Assembly (NCBI GenBank): GCA_965644295.1
Contig: CBFFRP010000079.1
Span: forward strand, 124,001-188,000
Direction: 5' to 3'
Source of the DNA: Paraphysomonas bandaiensis
Taxonomy: Eukaryota; Protista; Chrysophyceae
Length of the DNA: 64,000 nt
The stretch's first letter is position 1. Every line of letters starts with the position of its first letter. Made by a program: the position numbers and the translations under genes. Below the pieces are notes generated by a model that was given only the letters and a program-made list of their open reading frames with translations, did not search any database and was not told the DNA's origin. Below, piece after piece: positions 51,685 to 64,000 of this stretch.

Positions 51685-52302
51685 GTGCACTGCTGTGTGT
51701 GTGTATGGTATGGTACGTAGCATCGACTGGCATTGTGTACCTCATATCTACTGCCTCATACAAACCAACTATTTTCCATGCAATCCCTGAAAAAAACTTA
51801 AATCTATATGCTAAAAAGCTGTAAAAAGTTATATAGAAAGGGGCAAAAAAAAAGAAATTGTATACTCGAAACTGTATTTTATTGCACAACAACGTGCACA
51901 ACGTGACGGGTGTACCAAATATGTACAATTATAGTTTAGAGTTTGGTGGCATCGTTACCAATCATCTCCAAATCGCTACCAGTGATTGGATCTCATACAC
52001 CATCCCGTCGCATACACTCTTTTCTACTCCACACATCTGTATTCTATACGTTCCCAAAGAATGACTGGTACAAATATACAGTGTGGCTGGAGTGTGTATA
52101 ATCACAACGAAGTGCGAAGAAGAAGTTCAGTGAAGTGAGACGACAGCTTCCACACACTCCAAAGTGACTATGCGGAGATATGTATACATAACAAGAGTGA
52201 GTGTGATGGTTAAACACAACTAACAAACACACATATACACACTCTCATCAGATCAGACACTCTTCAGCCTCTTCAGTCCCAGTGCTCTGCTCATCCACTG
52301 AT

Positions 52303-55300
52303 ATGCTGCATGAGTTGTGTCTGTTCCTCTGCGTGGCTGTTATGGGATATCAACCATCTCAAGGTAATGGTTCGTGTTATCAAACTAACATAATGATCAT
52401 ATGATTGATTAGGCCATAATATATCGGAGTTACATCGTCACTTATCTCATCAACAACAACTCTATTCGCTCACTTATATAGCTGGAAACGGTGAAGAGGG
52501 ACACTATGATGCGATTGGGACAAACTCAAAGTTTATCCGACCCGGAGCCGTGAAGTTATACTCCTCGGATCAATATGCATTGATTGGTGAATATACCCGC
52601 ATACGTAAGATCGATATGGCTACAATGACAGCATCCACTGTGGCTGGAAATGGATTCAATGGTAACACTGATGGTGTTGGAACCCTTGCACAGTTTGTGT
52701 CACCATATGGATTAGCGATATCTTCGGACAATAGCTTCGCAGTGGTGGCTGACTTTAGCAGTCATTACATACGACTATTGCTGTTATCATCTCGACAAGT
52801 TGTTACTCTTCATCCTGACGGTTCTGGGGGTGGATCGCAGGACGGTGGATCAGCATCTAGTTTCAATAGCCCACGTGATATTGTGCTATCAGCAGATGAC
52901 TCGTATGCCCTCATTGCCGATAGAAATAATAATCGAATTCAGAAATTAGTTCTGACAAACAAGGTGGTTACTACTGTTGCAGGAGGCTCCAATGGAAATG
53001 CCGATGGTATTGGTACAAATGCTCAATTTAATAATCCTTTTGGTATGTGCATGTCCTCTGACAAATCTTTTGTGTTGATAACAGAACTCGCGGGTTATCG
53101 TGTACGTAAGTTGGTATTATCGACATCTATGGTTACTACCATTGCAGGATCTGGTTCGCTTGGTATGTTGGATGGTGTAGGAACTTCAGCTACTTTTTCG
53201 TCCCCATCATCGGTGGTCCTTTCCCAATCGGATACTGTGGCATATGTGTCTGACCTAGGTGGACATGCCATTCGACACATTGATATGGTTACCCTGCAGG
53301 TGACAAGGGTCGTTGGAACCATGGCCGATGAGAATGTGGAAGGTGTAGGTACAAATGCTTCAATTTTAGGCCCATTTTCCCTTGACATTTCTGATGACGA
53401 GTCATTCATATTAGTTTGTAGTATGTTTGGCCATCGTATTGCCAAGGTCAGTGTACTTCCCACTTTTCCCACTACTTTACCTACAAGTGCTCCCACGATT
53501 TCACCGTATACTGCTACTGAAAGGAACGTGTTATGCCAAATGGTATCTTCCACGAATATTGGGAGTATATTCTCAGAATGGGTATGTGGGGCCCCTGACT
53601 GGTGCATGTGGACAGGAATTACATGTGAGGAGTCGTCTATTGCTCAAATTTTGTTGGCATCAAGTTCTTTGACGGGTACTATCCCGTCATCTGTTGGGCT
53701 TTTGACTAAGCTCGTGATTCTCAACATGGGCTTTAATAGTTTGACCGGATCCTTGCCCAGTTCTTTATCAAATATGTCGAAGTTATCCTATCTAGATTTA
53801 TCCAGAAACTTACTTTCTGGCTCCATACCATCCAATATTGATTTGATGACCAGTTTAGAGACGATGGATTTGAGTAGAAATATGCTTCATGGCGAGATCC
53901 CTCATTTTAGTGGACAAATGAGCGCATTGTTGGTGTTGAAGTTGAATCATAACTCTTTATCTGGAATGATACCATCAAGCTTGTCATACATCAGCTCTTT
54001 GTCCGATATATCTTTGTCACAAAATAGACTCACTGGAGCTATTCCATCCGAACTGGGTGATCTGAATTCGATTTATCGTATTCGTGCCTGGAACAACAGA
54101 CTATCTGGAACACTTCCCTCCTCACTTGGAAAGCTTCATCGTTTGAATGTACTGCGCCTCGATAATAATACACTGACTGGAACAATTCCAAGCTCATATA
54201 CAAGTTTGATATCAATGAGGGTTTTTACCGTGAACGATAATAAAATTCGTTCGATTTTTCCATATGAAATGTGCGACATGAAGAATTTATCTTATTTTTA
54301 CCTTTCTCAGACAGGCGCGCATGAATGCAGTATTCCAACTGCTATACCAACCCCACAACCAACGAGTATCCCCTCAGGTAATCCGTCATTTCAACCTACC
54401 GCACAACCCACAGTACGGCCCAGTGAAGCTCCGTCGAATGAGCCCACTGGTGAGCCTTCAATGTATCCCACTGGCGAGCCGTCAGGAAAACCTACTGGAA
54501 CACCTTCAGGTATTCCCACTAGATTACCATCTGGTGAGCCTACCGGCATACCATCAGTACAGCCAAGTGGTGCACCCTCTGGTCAACCTACTTCGATACC
54601 ATCAGGGCTGCCTACTGGGACACCGTCAGGACAGCCTACTGCGGTTCCAACAGGTCAACCCTCCTGTCAGCCAACTGGAATACCGTCAGAACAGCCAAGT
54701 GGTGCACCGTCAGTACAGCCTACTGGTCAACCAACTGGGACACCGTCAGGACAGCCTACTGCGCTACCGACAGGTCAACCCTCTGGTCAGCCAACTGGAA
54801 TACCGTCAGAACAGCCAAGTGGTGCACCGTCAGTACAGCCAAGTGGTGCACCCACTGGTCAACCAACTGGGACACCGTCAGGACAGCCCACTGCGCCACC
54901 GACAGGTCAACCCTCTGGTCAGCCTACTTGGATACCATCTGGGCTGCCTACTGGACAGCCTTCTGGAATACCGTCAGAACAGCCAAGTGGTGCACCGTCA
55001 GTACAGCCTACTGGATGGCCTACTGGGACACCGTCAGGTCAACCCTCTGGTCAGCCTACTTCGACACCATCAGGGCTGCCTACTGGTCAACCTACAGGGA
55101 CACCGTCAGTACAGCCTACTACGGTACCGACAGGTCAACCCACTGGGCAGCCTTCTGGAATGCCGTCAGGACAGCCAAGTGGTGCACCTACTGGTCAACC
55201 AACTGGGACACCGTCAGGACAGCCTACTGCGCTACCGACAGGTCAACCCTCTGGTCAGCCCACTTGGATACCATCAGGGCTGCCTACTGGACAGCCTTCT

Positions 55301-58300
55301 GGAATACCGTCAGAACAGCCAAGTGGTGCACCGTCAGTACAGCCTACTGGACAACCATCACGACAGCCAAGTGGTGTGCCGTCAGGACAACCTACTGGGA
55401 TACCATCAGGACAGCCAAGTGATGTGCCGTCAGGGCAACCTACTGGGATGCCGTCAGGACAGCCTACTACGGTACCGACAGGTCAACCTTCTGGTCAGCC
55501 TACTTGGATACCATCAGGGCTGCCTACTGGACAGCCTTCTGGAATACCGTCAGAACAGCCAAGTGGTGCACCGTCAGTACAGCCTACTGGACAACCATCA
55601 CGACAGCCAAGTGGTGTGCCGTCAGGACAACCTACTGGGATACCATCAGGACAGCCAAGTGATGTGCCGTCAGGGCAACCTACTGGGATGCCGTCAGGAC
55701 AGCCTACTACGGTACCGACAGGTCAACCTTCTGGTCAGCCTACTGGATGGCCGACTGGGACACCATCAGGACAGCCTACTGGACAACCGTCAGGACAGCC
55801 AAGTGATGTGCCGTCAGGACAACCTACTGAGATACCATCAGGTCAGCCTACCAGTGTACCTTCTACATATCCTTCGTGTTCTCCAACTGTTGAGCCGTCA
55901 TCAATGCCTAGTAACCTACCCAGTTCTCTACCTTCAGTGGTGCCAAGTGGTCTACCAAGCTACCAACCCACCACTCAACCATCGTCAACTCCATCATCGG
56001 TGCCTACTTCATCTCCTTCACATGTTCCAAGCTGCGTTCCTACTGTGGTTCCGTCAGAGAATCCAACTTGCGTACCGACTGGCCACCCTAGCAGCACTCC
56101 AACTCCCTCCCCATCTCACAATCCCACTATTACCCCAACCTTACGACCAACACAGAATCCTACTCTTCTCGGCGACACGATTCCACCAACTCAATTTCCC
56201 ACATTCTCTCCTACATTCAGTCCCACTGTCGTACCCGTGGTGCCTCCGAATGTACAGACCTGTACTCTTTCTAATGATGGAAGCTATGTGATTCTTGTGC
56301 TTGATGCTGCTTCAGACATGGGTGGACTTGGTAGTCAGTTTCAATGCTCACAACTTTTTGATTTTAGTAGATCTGCTAGCTTTGTATGTCGCTGGAAGGA
56401 AAGTGCATCGAGAGTGTGGCTTCATTCAGCTTCATCTATTCTAGATGTTGGCGATTCTGTCACTATGAAAGGAGGCATACTGCGTGCGATGTGTCCTTCA
56501 GGAGCCAGTAAAGTCGAGTGCTCAAGATGGGCAACAGCTAGTTCCCAGTCATGCGTCGTACTGCCTCCTCCAAACCCCATATCTCCAGTGGTGTCCATAT
56601 CCGCGCCATCTACTCTCGGGCAGTGCGATGATTTTGTTGTGGATATTTCGGGGTCAAGTGGTTCGGGTGGACGTGGCTGGTACGATTTTTCCGTGGATGT
56701 ATTCAGTTCTTCCAATTCCTCGTATTCTCTTCAGAATGCTTCTGACATCAGGCGCTTCTATCGTAGTGTATACAAATATACACCTCCCACACCCCTTCCT
56801 GGTTCGTACCTCAAAGCCAATGAGGTATACGCTTTCGAGATTAGACTGTGCAACTTTCTTCAGAAATGCAGTTCCGCAATCCACAATGTTGCTGTCAAGG
56901 CCACAAGCGTCCCTGTTGCGACTATAGTCGGTCAGGCTCAAAGAAATGTGTATCGTCGATATCCGCTTGTGTTATCATCACATGCGTATACGGCGAGCTG
57001 TGGGGCTGATAAAACCCAAAGGGGACTATCTTATTCATGGTTTGTTGAAAAGAACGGTACTATACAGGACGATCTTATTAACACCAACTCCGATTCGTCC
57101 AAGTTCAAATTATTGCCATATTCTCTCGATGTGGGAGAAGTGTATACTATAGTCCTGAATGTCATGCATGATGCGTCGAAGATTAGTACCTCATCATCCG
57201 TTAAAGTAAGCGTTCTGCCGTCATCTGTAGTCGCTGTTATTGAAGGGGGTTCGGTACAGACTATGCGATATGGGGAATCCCTGGTTCTGGATGGCTCTGG
57301 AAGTTATGACAATGATATGTATGATGTCGCTGGTGTGGCAGCTGGCCTTTCATTGTCGTGGAGCTGCACAGACTCTGTCAACAGTAGCAGGGCTGGGTGT
57401 GGATTAACTTTGACTCCCAGTGAAAGTCTCGACACTGTGACCGTTACTGCTAATTCAGAGTCTCTGGTGAACACAGAAACCGTTGTGACCTTGACAGTAT
57501 CTGGTTCCTATGACCGCTCTGATGCTGCTGTTGTGACTGTCAGAATCGCCCCACCACTCTCTCCCAAAGTTTCCTTGTCATTGTCGTCGAGAAAAGTGAA
57601 GTACGCAGAAAAGATTAAAGTACAGGCTCTTGTTGAAGTATTCTCCTTAACCACAGCTGAGTGGTCCATTAACGATGACAGCATCGATTTGGTGTCATCA
57701 GCGTTGACACCGGTTAGCAGAGTAGTTACACCAGGTAGATTGACTGCGTTCAATCTTGTATTGGGAGGTAGTACGCTCTATATGGGAGCTTCTTTTACTT
57801 TTACCTGCTCTGTGGGGAGTGCTTCATCATCCGTGACTGTGGATGTTGTGGGTCCCCCTTCACCTGGCAGCTTCGTGGTTGACCCCACAAGTGGCTATGA
57901 ACTGCAAGACAAGTTCATGATGATGGCATCACAGTGGACAGATTCAGAGCTGCCACTGACGTATTCATTTGGCTACTTTTCTGCCAGTGGTGATCTGTTG
58001 ACGCTGCACGCGAGGTCGGAGTTGACATACATCAGCAGCACTCTTCCCGCAGGCTCTCCCAGTGTGAATCATAGTGTGAGTTGTCAAGTTACCGTGTACA
58101 ATTTATTGGATGCCAATGCTGTGGAGTTTTACACTGTAACTGTTGAGCCAGTTACTTCGACCCCGGAAGACCTGTCGTCTATTGTTGTCGATCTTTTAAT
58201 GGAAAGTGAAAGTAGTATAGATACGACGAAACAGACTATAGCTGTACTGACAGGCGTCATCAACACAGTAAACTGCTCTCTAGCTCCTGATTGCGCTTCC

Positions 58301-61300
58301 CTGCATCGGTATGATTGTGGTTCTACGTCCCATTCCTGTGGCAAATGCTGGACTGGATACTTTGGAGCAGAAGGAGATGCGAATTCTGTGTGTTACTCGG
58401 GCTCTTTAAATATTGAAACGCTGGGGTTGTTATGTGGTACTGATAATGACTGTGGAATGTATCAGAGCTGTACAGAGCAAGTTTGCGAGTACATGTTGAA
58501 GCAATGTCCTCGCAATTGTACGGGAAGGGGAATATGTCAAATGGAAGATATTTCGACTGGAAATGTCGTTGGTCTTTGTCGAGCTGATGATGTTTCTTGT
58601 CGAGCTGTCTGTGTTTGTGATAATGGTTTTTCTGGTGACGCTTGTGATACATCAACTGAGGTGCTTGAAATCAAGCAGCAATCGAGGTGGCAATTGATTG
58701 ACTCTGCATCGACAACTGTGGTGTACAGTGATGCCACCTCGGATAACATCGTAAGTGCTGTTGCGACAGTATCTCAGTTGTCTGCTAATCCAGCTGAGCT
58801 GACACCCGATGCGTGTGCCATATTGTATGATCTTGTGTACTTCTTGCTTGATAGTGCCGATGTTCTCGAATTGGCATATGAGGAGGTTAGCGTATACAAA
58901 GCGATTGATACGTGCTCCTCAATTGTTACTAACCCCTCATCTCGACGACGGTTAACTGCCTTCAGCAACTGGACATCGTCCGCCGAATTGATCGACAAGT
59001 ACTCTGATTTAATTTCTTCACAGATGGTGGCTGGTCAGAAAGATGTAGCATATGTTCAATCATTATCACGGGTTGTATCTGCCGTGCGATCATTGGATAG
59101 TAGTGGGTTTGCGGTCACATTGCCACGAACAGGTGAAGAGGAGGCTCTTGATATTCAGAAGTCTGTGGTTATGATCAATGGGAGTAAGGCAGAGAGTGTA
59201 TCTTCTGTCGCTGTGAGTGTTATTGAAAGCGCAGCTAAGCTATATCAAAACAGTTCTAATTTTACCTCCAATCCGATAAATATTCGAATTACTACCCCCA
59301 GCAGTGGAAAAGCTTTCGAGGAAGTTATGGTGGTACTGAGAAATCACCAACCCTTACATGGCAGCTTATTTAACACCACAAATACGTCATTCATGACGAG
59401 CTGTTTAGATTACGAGCACAGCGTACACAACTATACCTGTCCGGGATCAAATTTTATTGTATCCCACGAGTGCACCGGAACTTTAAGAGTGCTGAAGACC
59501 ACTTGTCCTTTCTTTCAGACAATACCAGAGTGTCGTATCATTGTTGGTGGAGTTATGATTTCTGACAGCAAGACCTGCGAAGTGGTTGGCTTCACCGAGA
59601 CCAATACAACATGTCGGTGCGTGATCAACTATGCGCAATCGAAACGACTGCTGTCGTCAACTAGCGATAACGCCCTACGCTCATCTGGGTCATTGGAAGT
59701 TGTTGCTATAATGGAAAATACATATACTGATTTCGTTGAAACCATTTTAGAGTCGGATAATATCACAGCTGCTGGCATTAGGTACTTTACTTATGTATGC
59801 AATGCACTGGTAGTTTAACACACCATTTATAGGGACGTATTGCTCGTGATCATAATGTTTTTTTCTATGTGGGCAGTGGGTTTGGCATCTATGCTAGAAT
59901 TAACTCGTGTTTCGTTCGCACATAAACAAAACAAAATTCGACACAAATCGGTAGTTGGAAATCGAACTACGAAGAGTGGCTTAGAGGAGAGCGACACGAG
60001 TGTACAGAAAAAATATTTGTTGAATTACATCAGGTATTGTGTGTTAGGTTGTATTTAAGTACCACTTGATCAATACAACGTAGGGAACTTGTGCCTTCCG
60101 TGTTTCAGTCCCATGGCTCTTCATGGCAGTGTCTAGTTTCCGAAGTGGCAAAACACCACAGGTAGACGTTCGCTCTATATACCACTCTATTTTAATTACG
60201 AACTGGATAGATATGTTGTTATGATTTTGGCCAATGGACCGGATGCTGAAGAAAGACGGTTACAAGCTGGACTGCATGTGTTAACTGTGCAAACAATGCT
60301 TATGTTTTTAATTGCAATTTTTTATGATGTGGAGTACCCCACTGATGATGGCACATGTGGTACATACGTAGACGAGAAATCATGTTTGTCGGAACGGTCC
60401 ATGTTCGATACGAGTACGACCACGTGTGAGTGGAATCTTAGCGACGATGGCGGTGGCTCATGTATGTGGGTGGAGCCGACGATATCGTATAAGGTGCAGT
60501 ATGATGCGCACGAAGTATGTTTTCTATTAACGGACTAGATAGGTCATTGTTATAATATCAGTCCTGATAGCTGTTCTCACGGCGCCCATCAACCTGGTTG
60601 TTGATTTTCTCTTCGAGGTTTGAAATAAAGTATTGCATCCTAATATTTAAATAATGTATGCGATACGACAGGACATATTGAGTGCCCCCACTGCAGATGA
60701 GAATAAAGTAGATTCTATGGTTCAGAGTGTGGGACGCCGAATGAGCCAGGTAGCACGAAGAGCATCCAATGTCGTTACGACTTCCGTGCATGCGGCTGTT
60801 AATAGTATGGGTAAAGCGAAAACGAAAAAGGCTTGGGGATTAACTCGACTCAAGAGCTCATTTGTTCTTGACGATACTACTCGCACACTACCTCCCGCGG
60901 TAATAAGTAGCCATGCGTTAGCCAGGGGTGCACTAGGAAGCTCTTTAAAGCGTCTTTCGAGTGTGGGTATCATTGAAGATACTGAAAGGGGAGAATCTAA
61001 AGTACTGAGTCAGTCCAGCACAATTAGTCTCGATGCTATTGTCTGTAGTAGCAAGGCGCGTAGAAGAAAAGCCAAACTGGCGAGACGCTACGGCACGATG
61101 CCATCGCATGAGATTCGATCGACGTCCTCAGTTGGGCCTGATGTAGTTGCAAACGAGAAGTTGGATTTAGTCACATTTGACCAATTCTTAGAAGATTTCC
61201 ATGATCAACGTGCCAAGCTAACTGGAAAATATCTTCGAGATTTTGATGATCGCTGGGGGTAGGACTACTTAATTTATATCTGTATATAAGTAACTGTTGT

Positions 61301-63322
61301 TTAAAGTTGGGACGCTGAAGCCGGTCGTTTTAGGGCTGATCGGGCGTGGGCATTGCCATGTACACAATCAATTGAAAGTTTGATTGGCTTGGAGATTCAG
61401 AATGTGTCTTCTATATGTAGCGAAAAAATTAATAAACTACGTATCGCTACAGATGTGCATACAGGTGCAATGTAGTTGACAGTGTGACGAATATGTTGTT
61501 GTTATGTTGTACGTGTTTAGGATTGGAACTGCTTCACCTGTTTGTTATTGATCTCCTCGGACGAAATAGTCCAGCTGGAAGAATATTTCAAACAAAAACT
61601 GAAGAGGAGTAAGTAGATTTTAGTATACCATAACGTTGTTATGTAAGTTTTCCGATTTGCAGTTTCAAGCACGCATTTGTAGTCACCAAGACAGCAAAGA
61701 TTCTGGCATGGATTTGTGTTGTCTTTTTGAACTTATTTTTTGCCTATTTTTCCATCCTTCGTGGTATGTCAAGAACCTACGGTTGGCAGAAAGGGTATTG
61801 CATAGCATGCGCTATACAATTTATCATTGAAGTTTTATTTTATGAGACCTCTGAATGTATATGGATAAATTATGGTATCCCGCAAGTAAGTGATTGTATA
61901 ATATCTGTAGCGTGTTAATATCTCTGCTAGCTTGTCAGTGCTGATGTGGAGCGTACGATTACGGCCCTGACGGGCACCATTGATTATGCATTTTCGCCAG
62001 TGAAGAGGAAATTACCCCTTCTAGACACACCTTCATATTTCTTCGTGAGCACGAGAGTGGCCGAAAACTTCAATGATTTATTTGAGAGCTCTATCGTGCT
62101 GGCGTTTCACTCTTACTATCCACCGTCACGTATGGGCCGCGATTGGCGAGAAAATACCAGTGATAATGTGTTGGGGTTGAAGCGATCTAAGAATCGTACA
62201 CGAGGGGGTGTAATGGGATTCTTGGGGCGTGTAAGTGTTGTTGCAATGTTAGTTACTCTGCTCAAGTATATTGGGACCATAAATATCCGCCTTCAGCGAG
62301 TCATTCTTCATAGCATACAGCCAATAATTATTGCATTTGTATTTGTACTGCTATCCAACCTTCAGTCCAACCCATGGTATGGCTACGTATTGCTTGGTAT
62401 CATCTTATTCGAAGTTTTAAGGAGAATGATATCGAATCGTACAGTTACCAAGTCAATACCTGATGGTGTGTCTCCATTAGTTGGAGTGCCATTGGAAGTT
62501 GAATCATCTGAAAATGGATCATGCCAAGTGAATAGCGGTGAGGAAATGCCGCGGAGAGTTATATCAAATTCCAGTGATGAAAACTTGTCTCAACATAGGT
62601 CGAGGTTGGTGTCGACTGACTCTTCGGCTGACATTGTGAGACAACGCAGTTGGTCATTTGGATTGGACAGTGCAATATTTAGACACCGTGCCGGGAGCTA
62701 TGTATCGGACAGTGGTGATATCAGTGTGAGTGATGAGGAATACAATAGCAAGCGCCGCACGGGCTTGTCAACAGCACGTGAAGAGCTCTCAGCGAGAATT
62801 AGGGCCGGCAGTTTTGCTTCCTCAACTGGGGATGAATATGACGATGTCGGTGTAAGAGTCCCCGTAGAAAACGAGGGAACCCGAATGAGGCTGACCAGCA
62901 TCACTGAGCTGGATGAGCTGTATTACCCACACTCTGACAGCGAGTATGCGGCGAAAGCCAGGGGCGATACGTTGGACTCAGAAGATATAAGTGAAGAGCG
63001 TGAACAATTTTCATTTGATTTTTCTTCTTCGAGTAGTGGTGTGTCATTCCTTGGCGAAGTTTACTCCATCACATCATCTTCCGAGTCGTCGAAAGGAGTT
63101 GTTCATGATGTGATGCCTCATTCACTAGACTGTGATAGTGGTGATAATCACAACGACAGCTCTCACAATGGAAGTATTCGATCTCGTGATCAGTACTCGA
63201 TTTCCAGTTCGTCGACTAACGATGATCGATACATGAGTTCATCTGATAGCTCAGTCAATTATCTGTCGATGTGTGAGAGTTCATCGAGTGAAACTAACAA
63301 GGTGGATGCATTGCCCACTTGA
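52303..63322 (+). CDS. Giant polycystin-1/REJ-like surface receptor: signal peptide, NHL repeats, LRRs, Pro/Thr/Ser stalk, REJ/PKD-like, Cys-rich/EGF-like, GPS-like, multi-TM, Ser-rich tail
   Basis: Signal exon 52303-52363 (MLHELCLFLCVAVMG) splices to 52413 in frame with the 2422-aa ORF. NHL (DGVGTLAQF..PYGLAI), plant-type LRRs (LxxNxLTGxIP), PTGQPSGQ repeats, REJ-like LVLDGSGSYD and PPSPGSFVVDP, CEVVGFTETNTTCRC, then ~8-9 hydrophobic segments across small exons. Confidence 0.88.
54340..55860 (+). repeat. Coding 12-nt-unit minisatellite (P-S/T-G-x) with higher-order duplications
   Basis: Near-identical 240-bp tandem blocks at ~55261-55500 and 55501-55740. Confidence 0.92.
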
Positions 63323-64000
63323 GAGGCAGTTTCATTAACACAAGCCACAGGAAAGAATTCCTGTAACTATATCTGCACAATCGACTTGTGAGAGATAATT
63401 GAGAGTATTAGTTACATTTTTAGTGTTTTGTTAGTACTATTAATTTTAGAGGATAGTACATTTCTTGATCATCTAGTAGAAGTATATGATCGTATTACTG
63501 AGAAGCTCTTTGCTGTATAGCCATTCTAAGTTAACTTACATATAAAATCGTATCTATGACTTCAGGAACATGTATTCCTTGATTAAAAAGGAATAGAGTG
63601 TGTTGCCTAAGACTTAGAGTTGCAGTACAACTGACATCATACATGCAGAAGTCGCGACTTCGGTATTGCACAGCTAACTGCAGTGACAGAGTCGATTGTC
63701 AACTGTTCTGAATCTTGTATGCTGCCTAGATTATATTGATTTGTGTGTTTGCATGCTTTATAGCTCTCTATCTATCTAACTATCTATCATACAAGTGAAT
63801 GACCTAATGGTAAATGCTTTGTGTTTTCAGTTAAATGAAGTAATTCGTTCCGCTTGGACAGCTAGGAAAAAGTATTTTATCGCATCCGTTATAATTCAGT
63901 ACTGGCACTGTCATGTAACCCATTGTAATCTATTCGAACACTCAAAGCTCTGTTTCATGTCAAATTTTTGTTTGACGTTTTATTCTTTAAACTTTAAAGA

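Noticed and set aside
54321-56291. 656-aa alternative-frame ORF (and 54928-55422) overlapping the receptor
   Set aside because: By-product of the stop-poor 12-nt coding repeat; no independent domain signal.

Overview
Gene-dense eukaryotic nuclear DNA using the standard code, with short (~40-140 nt) GT-AG introns. The gene content suggests a stramenopile, possibly a chrysophyte-like protist (inference). About 15 protein genes can be reconstructed: ELAV-like RRM (partial), potato-inhibitor-I protein, SmE (missed by the ORF track), secreted GH3 beta-glucosidase, 3beta-HSD/NSDHL-like, Ubl+multi-C2 protein, DOCK GEF, RDH-type SDR, an orphan, ankyrin-TPR, ARM-repeat, COG0523/CobW GTPase, SH3-PX-coiled-coil sorting-nexin-like, TPR-CaaX protein and a >3000-aa NHL-LRR-mucin-REJ multi-TM receptor. 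The non-coding organisation is the most striking part. Long (CATA)n arrays sit only at gene 5' ends, and one 1.14-kb array makes up almost the whole SmE/GH3 divergent spacer. DNA transposon relics cluster beside these arrays: a MITE, Tc1, pogo/Tigger, a Crypton-like tyrosine-recombinase element and a foldback element with 683-bp arms. A separate ~220-bp dispersed repeat occurs mainly in 3' flanks. One 1.2-kb intron is built from 16 tandem copies of its own splice donor, each unit the size of a normal intron. Genes also appear AT-rich at the 5' end and GC-richer downstream. All calls were made by eye; no searches were run.
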